This document shows, piece by piece, positions 32,863 through 42,623 of a stretch of 64,000 bases of DNA. The stretch's first letter is position 1, and each line of letters starts with the position of its first letter. The DNA is taken from assembly GCA_963518035.1 (NCBI GenBank), contig CAUQIK010000004.1, forward strand, positions 3,499 to 67,498. The letters are read 5' to 3'. Origin of the DNA: an uncultured Streptococcus sp. (lineage in GTDB: Bacteria; Bacillota; Bacilli; Lactobacillales; Streptococcaceae). The notes beneath the pieces were generated by a model. That model was not told the DNA's origin. It searched no databases and saw nothing but the letters and a program-made list of their open reading frames with translations. Position numbers and translations under genes: made by a program.

Positions 32863-34188
32863 CTATTCTTCATGGTCTTTCCAATAATCTCTGATACTGA
32901 TTAACTGTGTTTTTGAAGCCCTCAGCATTCGTCTAGAGCCTTTTACGGGCACAGCAACCACCTGTTGCGGTAAATACAAAACTGTCTTAAAGATACGCTG
33001 GCTGACCGTATCATCTTTGGCTAAATCTTTCTGGAAGTTATTTGAAATAATGGCATCCAGATAAAACTCATGCACTCGTTTTCCAAAGTTCTCAGCTGAA
33101 ATCTCGTACAATTTCTCTGATAAGGTATGCTCATCCATGTCCGGCGTAGCAATCAGGGCTTCCAGAATAGCACCAGCCAAATCATGTTCTCCGTAGTACA
33201 AGGTTCCAAACATTTTATCACTGATCAGATTGTCCAGATAAGGATTTCCATGAGCAATGAGAGGTGTCCCACTGGCTAAGCTTTCCAAGTATGTCAAACC
33301 TTGCGTTTCACTTGTCGATGCCGAGATGAAGAAATCCGCCGCCTTATAGTAAAGAGCGGTCTCACTAGGAGCAATCATACCTGTAAAGAAAACGGAGTCT
33401 TGAATCTCTAGTTTCTGGGCTTGGTCTTTGAGGTCATCCAGATAAGGACCGTCCCCAGCTACCACCAGTTTAACCTTGTCTTCTTCTTTCAGAACATCTG
33501 CAAAGGCTGCAAGTACTGCTTGAATATTTTTTTCATAGGAAATTCTGGAAAGACTCAGCAACATCTTTTCATCATCTTGAATCCCCAGTTTACTACGCAG
33601 TTCTTTCAGATTTTCTTGCTTGATTTCTGGACGTTCAAACTTGGCTAATTCAATCCCAGTAGGAATAACACGTTTTTCCACCTTGACCTTATAGTCAGAT
33701 AACAAGTCACGGACAATCTCACTCGGGCAAATAACCCCATCCACATCGTGCAGGAAACCTCTGACCAGATACTTGACCATACTAGGACGAATCAACATCC
33801 CCTTAGCAATATAATGCACGTAGTCTTCGTATTGGGTGTGATAGGTATGGATGACTGGAATCTTCAATTCACGCGCAATCCAAATCCCCAACAGGCCAAG
33901 AGAAAATTCTGTCTGAGTGTGGATAATATCAAGTTGATATTGTTTAGCAATTTCAAGCGCCTTGCTGAAGCCTCGATAGGCAAAGCGACGATCCTTAAAA
34001 GCAAAGAAAGGAACACTTGGAATGCGGATAATTTGCCAATCTTCATAACGATTGACATCCTTATCTGTCGTCGTAAAGATAAAAACAGCGTGCCCCTGCT
34101 TTTCAAGTTCTGTTTTCAAGGTCCGAATACTGGTCGCAACACCTGAAACCTGAGGAAAATAGGTATCTGTAAATAAACCAATTCGCAT
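32863..34188 (-). CDS. GT4 glycosyltransferase, 1,2-diacylglycerol 3-glucosyltransferase-like
   Basis: MRIGLFTDTYFPQVSGVATSI, SETQGLTYLESLASG. Confidence 0.9.
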   Translation of the reverse strand: MRIGLFTDTYFPQVSGVATSIRTLKTELEKQGHAVFIFTTTDKDVNRYEDWQIIRIPSVPFFAFKDRRFAYRGFSKALEIAKQYQLDIIHTQTEFSLGLLGIWIARELKIPVIHTYHTQYEDYVHYIAKGMLIRPSMVKYLVRGFLHDVDGVICPSEIVRDLLSDYKVKVEKRVIPTGIELAKFERPEIKQENLKELRSKLGIQDDEKMLLSLSRISYEKNIQAVLAAFADVLKEEDKVKLVVAGDGPYLDDLKDQAQKLEIQDSVFFTGMIAPSETALYYKAADFFISASTSETQGLTYLESLASGTPLIAHGNPYLDNLISDKMFGTLYYGEHDLAGAILEALIATPDMDEHTLSEKLYEISAENFGKRVHEFYLDAIISNNFQKDLAKDDTVSQRIFKTVLYLPQQVVAVPVKGSRRMLRASKTQLISIRDYWKDHEE

Positions 34189-34203
34189 AGATTACCTCAC
34201 TTT

Positions 34204-35247
34204 TTACTTTCTCCCTAAAGCGGCTTGTTTCTCATAAAAGTCCAACCAGATTTGTAACAGATGCTCTTCAGAATACTCTCTAGAAATATTCTTAGCTTTT
34301 TCTTTCAAATCTTTTAAAGCAGCAGGATTCGCTTGATATTCCAGAATAGCTTCTTTCATCTCTTCTCTATCTGCTGTAGCCCGATAATCTCCCTCCAAAA
34401 TTACCTTATAAAGATCTAAATCACGCAACATAATAGGAGCTTCACAACTAGCAGCCTCTAAAATCGTCATAGGAAAGAGTTCATTATAACTAGGCAACAA
34501 GAAAAGGTCCGCTAGGGCATACAATTCGCGCATCCGCTCTGGTGATACAATACCTGGAAAAATCAAATTTTTAGGAGGATTTTCCATAATTTTCTTGTAG
34601 CGTTCATAACCATCTGTCATGCCACCAAAAGAGAAACCACCTGCCCAGATAAAGGTAATCTGAGGCAATTCCTCAGCCAGACGGATAAAATCATCAATCC
34701 CTTTGCGTTTCTGAACTTGACCAGCACCTACTACGATAAACTGATTGTCACTAAGACCTAGCTCTGTACGCAGTCTCGCTACCTCTTCCTGTGGAAGGGG
34801 ATGCCATTTTTCCTTGTTGACAAAGTTAGGAATATAGGTAACTTTTTCACGTGGAATACCAGCTGCCACCAAATCCTCGATAAACATAGGATTGACCACC
34901 ACCAAATGCTCCATCCGGTTGTAAAAAGAAAATACATAGCGTTTCACAATTCCCTTTAAGAAAAATGGAATTTTTAAACTCCCCTCAAGTGTATCAGGCA
35001 AGAAATGCACATAGCCAATTTTCCTCCCTGAGCGTTTCTTTTGGAAGGTTGATAAATAATAGGGGAAATCAATTGTATGAAAGTGAGTCACATCTGCCTC
35101 TATTGGAAGATTTTCTGTAACAATCAATTGGTCCTTGGCATCACGGTGAAGAAGACGAACTAATTCACGGTAAGCACCTGAAACTCCTTGTCCTGCTACT
35201 TTCTCACTTGAACTCAACATATTGATGCGTAATTTCTTTTTTTCCAT
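34204..35247 (-). CDS. cpoA: GT4 glycolipid glycosyltransferase CpoA
   Basis: SSSEKVAGQGV, QVQKRKG, PSYNELFPMTILEA; located after rpoD and the DUF59 gene. Confidence 0.85.
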   Translation of the reverse strand: MEKKKLRINMLSSSEKVAGQGVSGAYRELVRLLHRDAKDQLIVTENLPIEADVTHFHTIDFPYYLSTFQKKRSGRKIGYVHFLPDTLEGSLKIPFFLKGIVKRYVFSFYNRMEHLVVVNPMFIEDLVAAGIPREKVTYIPNFVNKEKWHPLPQEEVARLRTELGLSDNQFIVVGAGQVQKRKGIDDFIRLAEELPQITFIWAGGFSFGGMTDGYERYKKIMENPPKNLIFPGIVSPERMRELYALADLFLLPSYNELFPMTILEAASCEAPIMLRDLDLYKVILEGDYRATADREEMKEAILEYQANPAALKDLKEKAKNISREYSEEHLLQIWLDFYEKQAALGRK

Positions 35248-35362
35248 AACTACTATTATATCATTTTCTTTGAATAAAATCAGCAAAAGAAAGGAGAGAC
35301 TAGAGGAAAAGAGGGGGAAATTTCCTCGCTTTTCCAATAATCTCTCACATGCTATTATATGT

Positions 35363-35692
35363 TTACTTAATGCCTAGGGCAATGCGTGCATAGCGACTCA
35401 TTTTTTCAACAGTCCAGGCTGGATACCAAACCAATTTGACCTCAGTATCCGTTACTTCTGGAACCTCTGTCATAGCATCATAAATCTGGTCTGTCAAAAG
35501 GTCTGCTAGGGGACAACCCATAGTTGTCAACGTCATATCAATCTCTGTTTGCCCTGTGTCGCCGTCAAAACGAATCTCATAAATCAAACCAAGATTGACA
35601 ATATCGATTCCCAACTCAGGGTCAATAACTTCTTCCAAGGCTGATAAAATTCGTGTTTTGATGTTTTCAATTTGCTCTTCTGTATAAGCCAT
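35363..35692 (-). CDS. Metal-sulfur cluster assembly factor (DUF59/SufT-like)
   Basis: VIDPELGIDIVNLGLIY, MTLTTMGCP. Confidence 0.9.
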   Translation of the reverse strand: MAYTEEQIENIKTRILSALEEVIDPELGIDIVNLGLIYEIRFDGDTGQTEIDMTLTTMGCPLADLLTDQIYDAMTEVPEVTDTEVKLVWYPAWTVEKMSRYARIALGIK

Positions 35693-35706
35693 ATTCATCC
35701 TCACTC

Positions 35707-36816
35707 TTAGTCTTCAATAAAATCACGAAGCGGTTTGCTGCGACTTGGTTGGCGTAGTTTTCTCAAAGCTTTAGCTTCAATCTGACGGATACGCTCGCGA
35801 GTCACGTTAAAGACTTTGCCCACATCTTCAAGGGTACGCATTTTCCCATCATCTAGCCCAAAACGTAGACGCAAAACATTTTCTTCACGGTCTGTAAGAG
35901 TATCCAAGACCTCATCCAACTGCTCACGCAAGACGATACGAGTTGTATAGTCCACTGGATTTTCAATCACTTCGTCTTCGATAAAGTCCCCAAGATGGCT
36001 ATCATCCTCTTCACCGATAGGAGTTTCAAGGGATACCGGTTCTTGGGCAATCTTCAAGATTTCACGAACCTTGTCAGGGGTCATATCCATACGTTCAGCG
36101 ATTTGTTCTGGTGTTGGATCTTGTCCCAATTCTTGAAGGAGATTACGCTGTTCACGAACCAATTTATTGATAGTTTCAACCATGTGGACTGGGATACGGA
36201 TGGTACGAGCTTGATCCGCAATAGCACGAGTGATAGCCTGACGAATCCACCAAGTTGCATAAGTTGAGAACTTGAACCCTTTAGAATAGTCAAACTTGTC
36301 AACCGCCTTCATCAAGCCCATATTTCCTTCTTGAATCAAGTCAAGGAACTGCATACCACGGCCGACATAGCGTTTAGCAATAGAAACAACCAAACGAAGG
36401 TTGGCTTCCGCAAGACGTTGTTTGGCTTCGATATCACCAGCTTCAACAGCTAGTGCCAATTCTTTTTCTTCTTCATTGGTCAAGAGAGGAACGACCCCGA
36501 TTTCTTTCAAGTACATACGGACAGGGTCATTGACCTTAGCCGAAGTTGAACCAATCAAGTCCTCATCGCTGAGTTCTGGCTCTTCTTCTGCACTAAGAAC
36601 ACGCGCACTTGGATTTCCTTCGTTATCTGTGATAGAAATTCCAGCATCCTGAATCCGTTGCAAGAGGTCTTCAATCCCATCAGCATCCAAGGTAAAAGGA
36701 ATAACTAGACTAGCATTGATTTCATCATCAGTTGCTGTCCCTTTTTGCTTATGATTACGGATAAATTCTGCTACTTGTACGTCAAATGTTGTTACTTCTT
36801 TTTGTTTTGTTGCCAT
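35707..36816 (-). CDS. rpoD: RNA polymerase primary sigma factor
   Basis: [47 protein letters not shown]. Confidence 0.99.
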   Translation of the reverse strand: MATKQKEVTTFDVQVAEFIRNHKQKGTATDDEINASLVIPFTLDADGIEDLLQRIQDAGISITDNEGNPSARVLSAEEEPELSDEDLIGSTSAKVNDPVRMYLKEIGVVPLLTNEEEKELALAVEAGDIEAKQRLAEANLRLVVSIAKRYVGRGMQFLDLIQEGNMGLMKAVDKFDYSKGFKFSTYATWWIRQAITRAIADQARTIRIPVHMVETINKLVREQRNLLQELGQDPTPEQIAERMDMTPDKVREILKIAQEPVSLETPIGEEDDSHLGDFIEDEVIENPVDYTTRIVLREQLDEVLDTLTDREENVLRLRFGLDDGKMRTLEDVGKVFNVTRERIRQIEAKALRKLRQPSRSKPLRDFIED

Positions 36817-36818
36817 TA

Positions 36819-38579
36819 TTACTCCATTCTTCTCTTTTGGGAAATTAAACGTTCCAACTCTTCTAGGGCTGTGTCTGTATCTCCTACATGGCTAGCTTCC
36901 TGCACCTTCTTTTTGATTCTCATATTATCCTGATTCAAGAGAGCCTTGTTTCGAGTCACTTCTACTTCACTAAGTTCCTGAGGTGACATCTCAGCAGGCA
37001 AATCCTGAGCTAAGACTTGGTACCAAGCTCTTTCAACTTCCTCTGTTTGTTCTGCTAGAACTTCTGGAGGAAGATTTCCATACTGACCAAGCAAGTCATA
37101 TAAGACCTGAAATTCAGGAGTGTCAAATGCAAAGTCTTCTCGCAAACGGTAATCGTTCAAAACAAGAGGAGATTCCATCATTCGATAAAGTAGATGAGCT
37201 TCTGCTCTCATAATAGCTGATAACTGCTTGGTGACAGGCATAGTGATTGACGTCGGTCTGGAAATACCTTCCATGCGATTCTGCCTTTGTGCCTGACGAC
37301 TCTCATTAACAATCTGCTCAATCTGGGCATAATCAAAGGACGCCAGACTGTCAGCTAAAATATGTATATAGCTGTTTTGAGCAGTAATAGATTTTTCTTG
37401 AACAATCAAGGGAGCTATTTTTTCAATAAACTCAATCTGAGCCTGCAAATTTTCACTATTTTCAGGTTTGTACTGGTGAATGTAAAACTCAATCGGACTA
37501 ATACGAGTTTTCGTTAATAGATAGGCCAAGTCTTCTGGACCATTTTTTTGTAGATACTCATCTGGATCCAAGTTATCAGGCATGCTGACAATTTGCACAG
37601 GTATATCACCAATTTCATCCAGTGCTTTCAATGTCGCAGCTTGCCCAGCCTTATCGCCATCGTATACCAGAACCAACTTCTTGGTTAACCTTTTCAGATG
37701 CTCAACATGCTCACGGCTCAAGGCTGTTCCCATGGACGCCACAGCGTTTTCGATTCCAGCCCGATAGGCTGCAATGACATCCATGAATCCTTCCATCAGG
37801 TAAATCTCACTGGTTTTGCCAGAAGATTTTTTTGCCCTATCCATATGATATAATTCGTAACTTTTGTTAAAAATTGCAGTCGATCGGCTATTTTTATACT
37901 TAGAAGTTTGTGAATCCGTTTTCTGCCAGATACGACCTGAGAAGGCAATGACCTTGCCCTGGTCATTTGTCAGGGGAAACATGATCCGATTGTGAAATGT
38001 ATCTACAAATTGATTAGCATCCGAGAGATAAAACAATCCTGAATCTAGAAAATCCTCTTCACGATACTGACCAGACAAACGTTGATAAAGATAGTTGCGT
38101 TCTGGAGGTGCTAAACCAATCCGAAAATGTTTGAGCACTTCATCTGTCAAACCACGCTGATAAAGGTAATTTCTGGCCTCTTCTCCCATAGTCGTTGTCA
38201 TGAGAATAGCATGGTAAAATTTGGCAGCATCTTCGTGCATATCATAAAGAGCTTGGTGAGGCGAAACTGGCTTATGTTCACTATAAAGCGGCTTTTCAAC
38301 CTCAATCCCAACACGCTGACCTAAGATTTGGACAGCCTCCATAAAGGGAACCCCTTGGTACTCCTCGATGAACTTAAAGACGTCACCTGATCGACCACAA
38401 CCAAAACAGTGGTAAAACTGCTTGTCCTCTACAACGTTGAAAGAAGGTGTCTTTTCACCATGAAAAGGACAGAGCCCTAGATAGTTCCGTCCTGCCTTTT
38501 GTAAAGAAATCACATCTCCTATGACTTCCACAATGTTGGCATTGTTTTTGATTTCTTCAATGACTTGTTTGTCAACCAT
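36819..38579 (-). CDS. dnaG: DNA primase
   Basis: [13 protein letters not shown] zinc finger, [13 protein letters not shown]. Confidence 0.97.
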   Translation of the reverse strand: MVDKQVIEEIKNNANIVEVIGDVISLQKAGRNYLGLCPFHGEKTPSFNVVEDKQFYHCFGCGRSGDVFKFIEEYQGVPFMEAVQILGQRVGIEVEKPLYSEHKPVSPHQALYDMHEDAAKFYHAILMTTTMGEEARNYLYQRGLTDEVLKHFRIGLAPPERNYLYQRLSGQYREEDFLDSGLFYLSDANQFVDTFHNRIMFPLTNDQGKVIAFSGRIWQKTDSQTSKYKNSRSTAIFNKSYELYHMDRAKKSSGKTSEIYLMEGFMDVIAAYRAGIENAVASMGTALSREHVEHLKRLTKKLVLVYDGDKAGQAATLKALDEIGDIPVQIVSMPDNLDPDEYLQKNGPEDLAYLLTKTRISPIEFYIHQYKPENSENLQAQIEFIEKIAPLIVQEKSITAQNSYIHILADSLASFDYAQIEQIVNESRQAQRQNRMEGISRPTSITMPVTKQLSAIMRAEAHLLYRMMESPLVLNDYRLREDFAFDTPEFQVLYDLLGQYGNLPPEVLAEQTEEVERAWYQVLAQDLPAEMSPQELSEVEVTRNKALLNQDNMRIKKKVQEASHVGDTDTALEELERLISQKRRME

Positions 38580-38760
38580 ACACAATACCTCCATCTTATC
38601 ATAGTATCACGTAAACTAGTATAGCTTATTTCTGAAAAAAAGTAAACCATTTCATACGCTTTACATGATACTATTTCATAAGTTTCCAGCGATCATATAA
38701 AAGTGAATCTTTTGAGCAAATCGTTCCAATATTTGAAAGAAAAATAGAAAAAAATAAAGA

Positions 38761-39201
38761 CTATTTCACTTGATCTTCGAGGTTATTTTTCAATATCCTG
38801 CTAATATACTGACCATCTTTTCTACTGATGCAAGCTATTGCATAAGTCAATGGTGCTTTGTATACCTCTCCTCTATATGATGGATCATGATGGATCGGTC
38901 AATACAGGTATAGAATAATAGGCGTTCTTTTTATTTTAAGGTCAATAAACCATTTACCTCCTAGGTATTTACGGAAGGTTTCACCGATATAAACGGTCAA
39001 ATAATCCAACATCTTGCGGTCTGCTATCAAAGCATGGTGGACTTCGTAGTGAGCTAAAATCCAAGCCTCCAAATCATCCAAAGATTGCATGCTATAGTCT
39101 AAATTTAGCCCTTCTTTCTCCGCAAACTCCCTAGTAAAATAGTCCATCTTAAATCCAATTTGAAAAATCTATTCCTGAAAATCTTCTTGTGTGTAAGCCA
39201 T
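38761..39201 (-). pseudogene. Disrupted ~143-aa hypothetical protein gene
   Basis: AGGAG RBS then MAYTQEDFQE*IFQIGFKMDYF...; in-frame TAG at 39169-39171, 1-bp frameshift near 38935, 10-bp tandem duplication at 38877-38896; restored C-terminus YRGEVYKAPLTYAIACISRKDGQYISRILKNNLEDQVK*. Confidence 0.7.
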
Positions 39202-39339
39202 CTTCTTATCTCCTACTCCTATTAAATTTTTAGAATCATATATTGATTATACTATAAATTGTAGTAGGTAGAAATAAGAAGTATGATTTCGATTATATCT
39301 TTAATACAAAAAAACTTTCCACCTTAAGATCTACTGTTT

Positions 39340-40203
39340 TTATGCTCCTTCTGTATCATCCCATTTATCTACGATCTCTCTTTCGCAATCCTGAAAACTT
39401 GCTAGATCTGGGAAATCTTTTTCCGTCATATAATCTAGCAAGAATTCTGCTACACTACTAAAGACAAAGCTTCTCTCATTACACTTGAACGTACTCAATT
39501 GTTTTGCAAAAGTTTCTCTAGTAGAAACTTTTGCACGATACTCTTTAAAGTCAATAGTTGATAATTGATAAATCTCCCGACTAAGTAAGAGATGGTAGAG
39601 TTTAATCCATTCAATATCCTGCTCACTAAAGGCTTGTCCAAAAATAAAATGATCTTTGTGATTTTCACAAACAGCCTTAAAAGTTTTACCAGACTTCGTC
39701 TTTTTTTCATCTAATTTAAAATGATAAAAAGCTACTTTATCAGAAGTCTTTTTCTGATAGAGCTTGAGAGCCTCTACCATTGGATAGCTGATGTACAATT
39801 TCCCTGCACCTGTTTCATTTGAAAATTCATTTATCATCTCCGAAACTTCTCTCATATTCTGATCAAAGTCTAATTCAGATCTAGAACTGTGATGATGGCC
39901 ATCCAAATCAAAAAACAAATAAATTTCCGAAACTTCTCTACGAGATAAGTTGACAATGTCATTTTGTTCATCTTTTTCTTTTTCATTTTCTAACTCAAGA
40001 ATGTAAGAAAATAGGTCAACATCATCTGCTTCACTTGCAAATGATTTTTTATACTCTGTGTAATGACGATAGAGAGAATAGATATTTGTTTCATAAGGAT
40101 AGATCTGTGATGCTTCAATCCCGATTGATTTAGCTATTTCTGATAAAAGTTTTGGTTCAGCTATCTTTCCTTCAACTACAAATACAATCCTGTTCTTACT
40201 CAT
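39340..40203 (-). CDS. Uncharacterised TOPRIM-like (RloB/AbiLii-like) protein, partner of the upstream ATPase
   Basis: IVFVVEGKIAE (TOPRIM Glu), IYLFFDLD (DxD), KLYISYPMVEA; start overlaps the ATPase stop. Confidence 0.6.
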   Translation of the reverse strand: MSKNRIVFVVEGKIAEPKLLSEIAKSIGIEASQIYPYETNIYSLYRHYTEYKKSFASEADDVDLFSYILELENEKEKDEQNDIVNLSRREVSEIYLFFDLDGHHHSSRSELDFDQNMREVSEMINEFSNETGAGKLYISYPMVEALKLYQKKTSDKVAFYHFKLDEKKTKSGKTFKAVCENHKDHFIFGQAFSEQDIEWIKLYHLLLSREIYQLSTIDFKEYRAKVSTRETFAKQLSTFKCNERSFVFSSVAEFLLDYMTEKDFPDLASFQDCEREIVDKWDDTEGA

Positions 40204-41305
40204 CAAAAGCACCTGCATTATACATCTTTTCCAAATTATGAGCCATCCGTAATTCTTTTACGGTTAGAGAAGACAGTTCCTTAATCTGGTTGTTCTGTAC
40301 GATAAAATAACAATCCGGTCGCAACAAATCATTCGACATGATGGTTGTATTGTGGGTTGTAAATACGGATTGAACTTCCCCATTTCTGATCTTTTTCAAA
40401 ATGGTTTCCGAAACTTCATTATGGTAATAGGCATCAAATTCATCGACGACCAAAAAGGTGATATCACTAAGTTGAATCATCCAATAGAAGAAAACCATGA
40501 TCACTTTGGTCCCATGTGATGCCACACTATAGATATTAACTGTACGGTTTTTGAAACGAACCATAATAACAGAATTCCCCTCAGAATCTTCCCCTCGTTC
40601 CAATGAATAGTTGATGTCAAATTCATGCAAAAAATGTTCTAATTCTTCTAATTTACCTGCATCCACAATCGCTGATGCGATATAACCTTGACTCGATTTA
40701 AATCCCTGGTAAAAATTTCCCTCTGATGTTCCCGAACCAAAAAATAACATCCCTTCAACAAATTCTTTAAACTTCAAAAAAATACAGTTTGTTTCATCTG
40801 ATAGTTCTAAATTTGTGTTATTAAATATGTATTTCACAAAAGATAAGGAGAGATCTCTCGTTTTTGTATTTAAATTTTCTGCGCCAACCAATTGGACTTC
40901 ACGCCTACCTGCCTGAAAATCTTCAAATATAACGCAGTTGTCATTGATATAGACTGCCTCATCAAATACCTCTGTCATATTTTTCTTTTTATAGTGATAA
41001 ACGACTCGGTCTTGATCAAACTTAAATTCATAAGAAAATACAGCAAAATCATCCGTACTTTCAAAATTTATATATTGATTGTAGTGATTTTCTTGTTTTG
41101 TAAAATCGGTTAAATGAGTAGTAATGTCCATCACCGCATAGGTCAAATTAGATTTTCCTGATCCATTTTTCCCATAAAGAACAGAATTTTTCACAATTCC
41201 ATTTTTGATACTTTCAGAATTAAAATTATATTTACCGGCAGATAAATCCCAAACAAAATCATTTTTAAAATTTTTGAAATTTTTCACCGAAAAACGTTGT
41301 AACAT
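40196..41305 (-). CDS. ABC-type/AAA_21-like ATPase (RloA/AbiLi-like)
   Basis: FSVKNFKNF N-terminus, Walker A GKNGSGKS, SHGT signature, Walker B LVVDEFDAYYH, H-loop FTTHN; AGGAG RBS; no permease gene linked to it. Confidence 0.8.
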   Translation of the reverse strand: MLQRFSVKNFKNFKNDFVWDLSAGKYNFNSESIKNGIVKNSVLYGKNGSGKSNLTYAVMDITTHLTDFTKQENHYNQYINFESTDDFAVFSYEFKFDQDRVVYHYKKKNMTEVFDEAVYINDNCVIFEDFQAGRREVQLVGAENLNTKTRDLSLSFVKYIFNNTNLELSDETNCIFLKFKEFVEGMLFFGSGTSEGNFYQGFKSSQGYIASAIVDAGKLEELEHFLHEFDINYSLERGEDSEGNSVIMVRFKNRTVNIYSVASHGTKVIMVFFYWMIQLSDITFLVVDEFDAYYHNEVSETILKKIRNGEVQSVFTTHNTTIMSNDLLRPDCYFIVQNNQIKELSSLTVKELRMAHNLEKMYNAGAFDE

Positions 41306-41448
41306 GACAAATCTCCTTAATCGTATTTTTTTTACGGTTGATTTATTATAGCATCTTTCCACCTGTTTTCCAAGTCAAAAGAAAGAAATTATGAAGATAT
41401 TCACGCTCTTTACAAAAGATCTTAATGGTATAATCTTCTCTTATATGA

Positions 41449-41744
41449 CTAACCAAACAGAACCTCCTGTATCCTAGAAAAGGAAAAACTACTAAGAAAC
41501 AGGCTTGCACCAACTTTAAACCTGCTGGACAATCCATCAAACAGCGTCCTAAAGCTATCAATCTTCCCTTAGAGAATGAGCATTATGAGATTGATACGGT
41601 TCTATTTAAAGGAACTAAGAAAACAACTCCTAAAAAAGTCGCATTAATCGAAAATTGGATTAACAACTATCCTAAAAAATGCTTGAACTACAAGTCACCC
41701 AGAGAATTTCTTATTGATAGCTAGTTTAAACTTGAAATTTGGCA
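41449..41744 (+). mobile_element. IS30-family (IS1239-like) transposase remnant with probable right end
   Basis: Open frame LTKQNLLYPRKGK...PAGQSIKQRPKAINLPLENEHYEIDTV|LFKGTKKTTPKKVALIENWINNYPKKCLNYKSPRE..*; 5' part and central DDE core missing; followed by AAACTTGAAATTTGGCA. Confidence 0.75.
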
Positions 41745-41864
41745 CACACTTTCCATAATTCTTTTTGCATCATTTTTTAGATTGTAAGATAAGATAAAAA
41801 ACTCAGAAACAATTCCATGCCTCTAAGTTTTGCTTCATAATTTTTGATAAAATAAGGCTCTCTT

Positions 41865-42623
41865 CTATTCAAATAATTGATAGTAGTCTGAAATCTTCAT
41901 CTTTGCTTTTTCTTCTTGATTCAAATCTTGGATAATTCGTCCTTCTTTCATGACAATTAAACGATTGCCATATTTGAGAGCATCTTCCATATGGTGGGTA
42001 ATCATAAGCGCTGTCAGCTGGTCTTTCTTGACAAATTCATCTGTCAATTCCATCAAAGCAACACTAGTCTTTGGATCAAGGGCTGCAGTATGCTCGTCTA
42101 ACAAGAGTAATTCAGGACGCTTCAAGGTTGCCATCAAGAGACTCAAAGCCTGTCTTTGTCCACCTGATAAGAACTCAATCGGTGTATTCAAATGTTTCTC
42201 AAGACCGTTTCCCACTTTTTCAATAGTTGCCTGAAACTCATCCTTATAGCTAGCCAGACGTCTCGGAAACAGTCCACGCTTTTCACCACGAAACTTGGCA
42301 ATCAGGAGATTTTCAGCGACTGTCATACGAGGAGCTGTCCCCATCTTGGGATCTTGGAAGACTCGAGACAAATACTTAGCCCGCTTTTCTGGCGAAAACT
42401 TGGTAACATCTTCACCCAAAATACGGATGGTTCCACTGGTTAGTGATAAAGTTCCTGCAATAGTGTTAAAGAGAGTTGATTTACCAGCACCATTTCCACC
42501 TAAAATCGTGATAAAATCCTGTTCAAAAATTTCTAATGACACATCATTTAAAATAATCTTTTCTTCATCAAAGCCATTTTTAACGACTTTGGTTGCATTT
42601 TTTAATTCTACAATTGCTGTCAT
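41865..42623 (-). CDS. ABC transporter ATP-binding protein (Trp importer)
   Basis: GGNGAGKS, LSGGQRQ, LLLDEHTAALD. Confidence 0.92.
   Translation of the reverse strand: MTAIVELKNATKVVKNGFDEEKIILNDVSLEIFEQDFITILGGNGAGKSTLFNTIAGTLSLTSGTIRILGEDVTKFSPEKRAKYLSRVFQDPKMGTAPRMTVAENLLIAKFRGEKRGLFPRRLASYKDEFQATIEKVGNGLEKHLNTPIEFLSGGQRQALSLLMATLKRPELLLLDEHTAALDPKTSVALMELTDEFVKKDQLTALMITHHMEDALKYGNRLIVMKEGRIIQDLNQEEKAKMKISDYYQLFE

Noticed and set aside
38899..39147. 82-aa ORF treated as an intact gene
   Set aside because: It is the middle fragment of the larger pseudogene 38761-39201
39220..39340. AT-rich spacer as a possible RUP/BOX/IS end
   Set aside because: No convincing match to RUP, BOX or SPRITE consensus by eye; cannot be supported without a search
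41346..41561. 71-aa minus-strand ORF upstream of the ATPase as a third system component
   Set aside because: It is antisense to the IS30 remnant and runs across the ATPase promoter; no RBS
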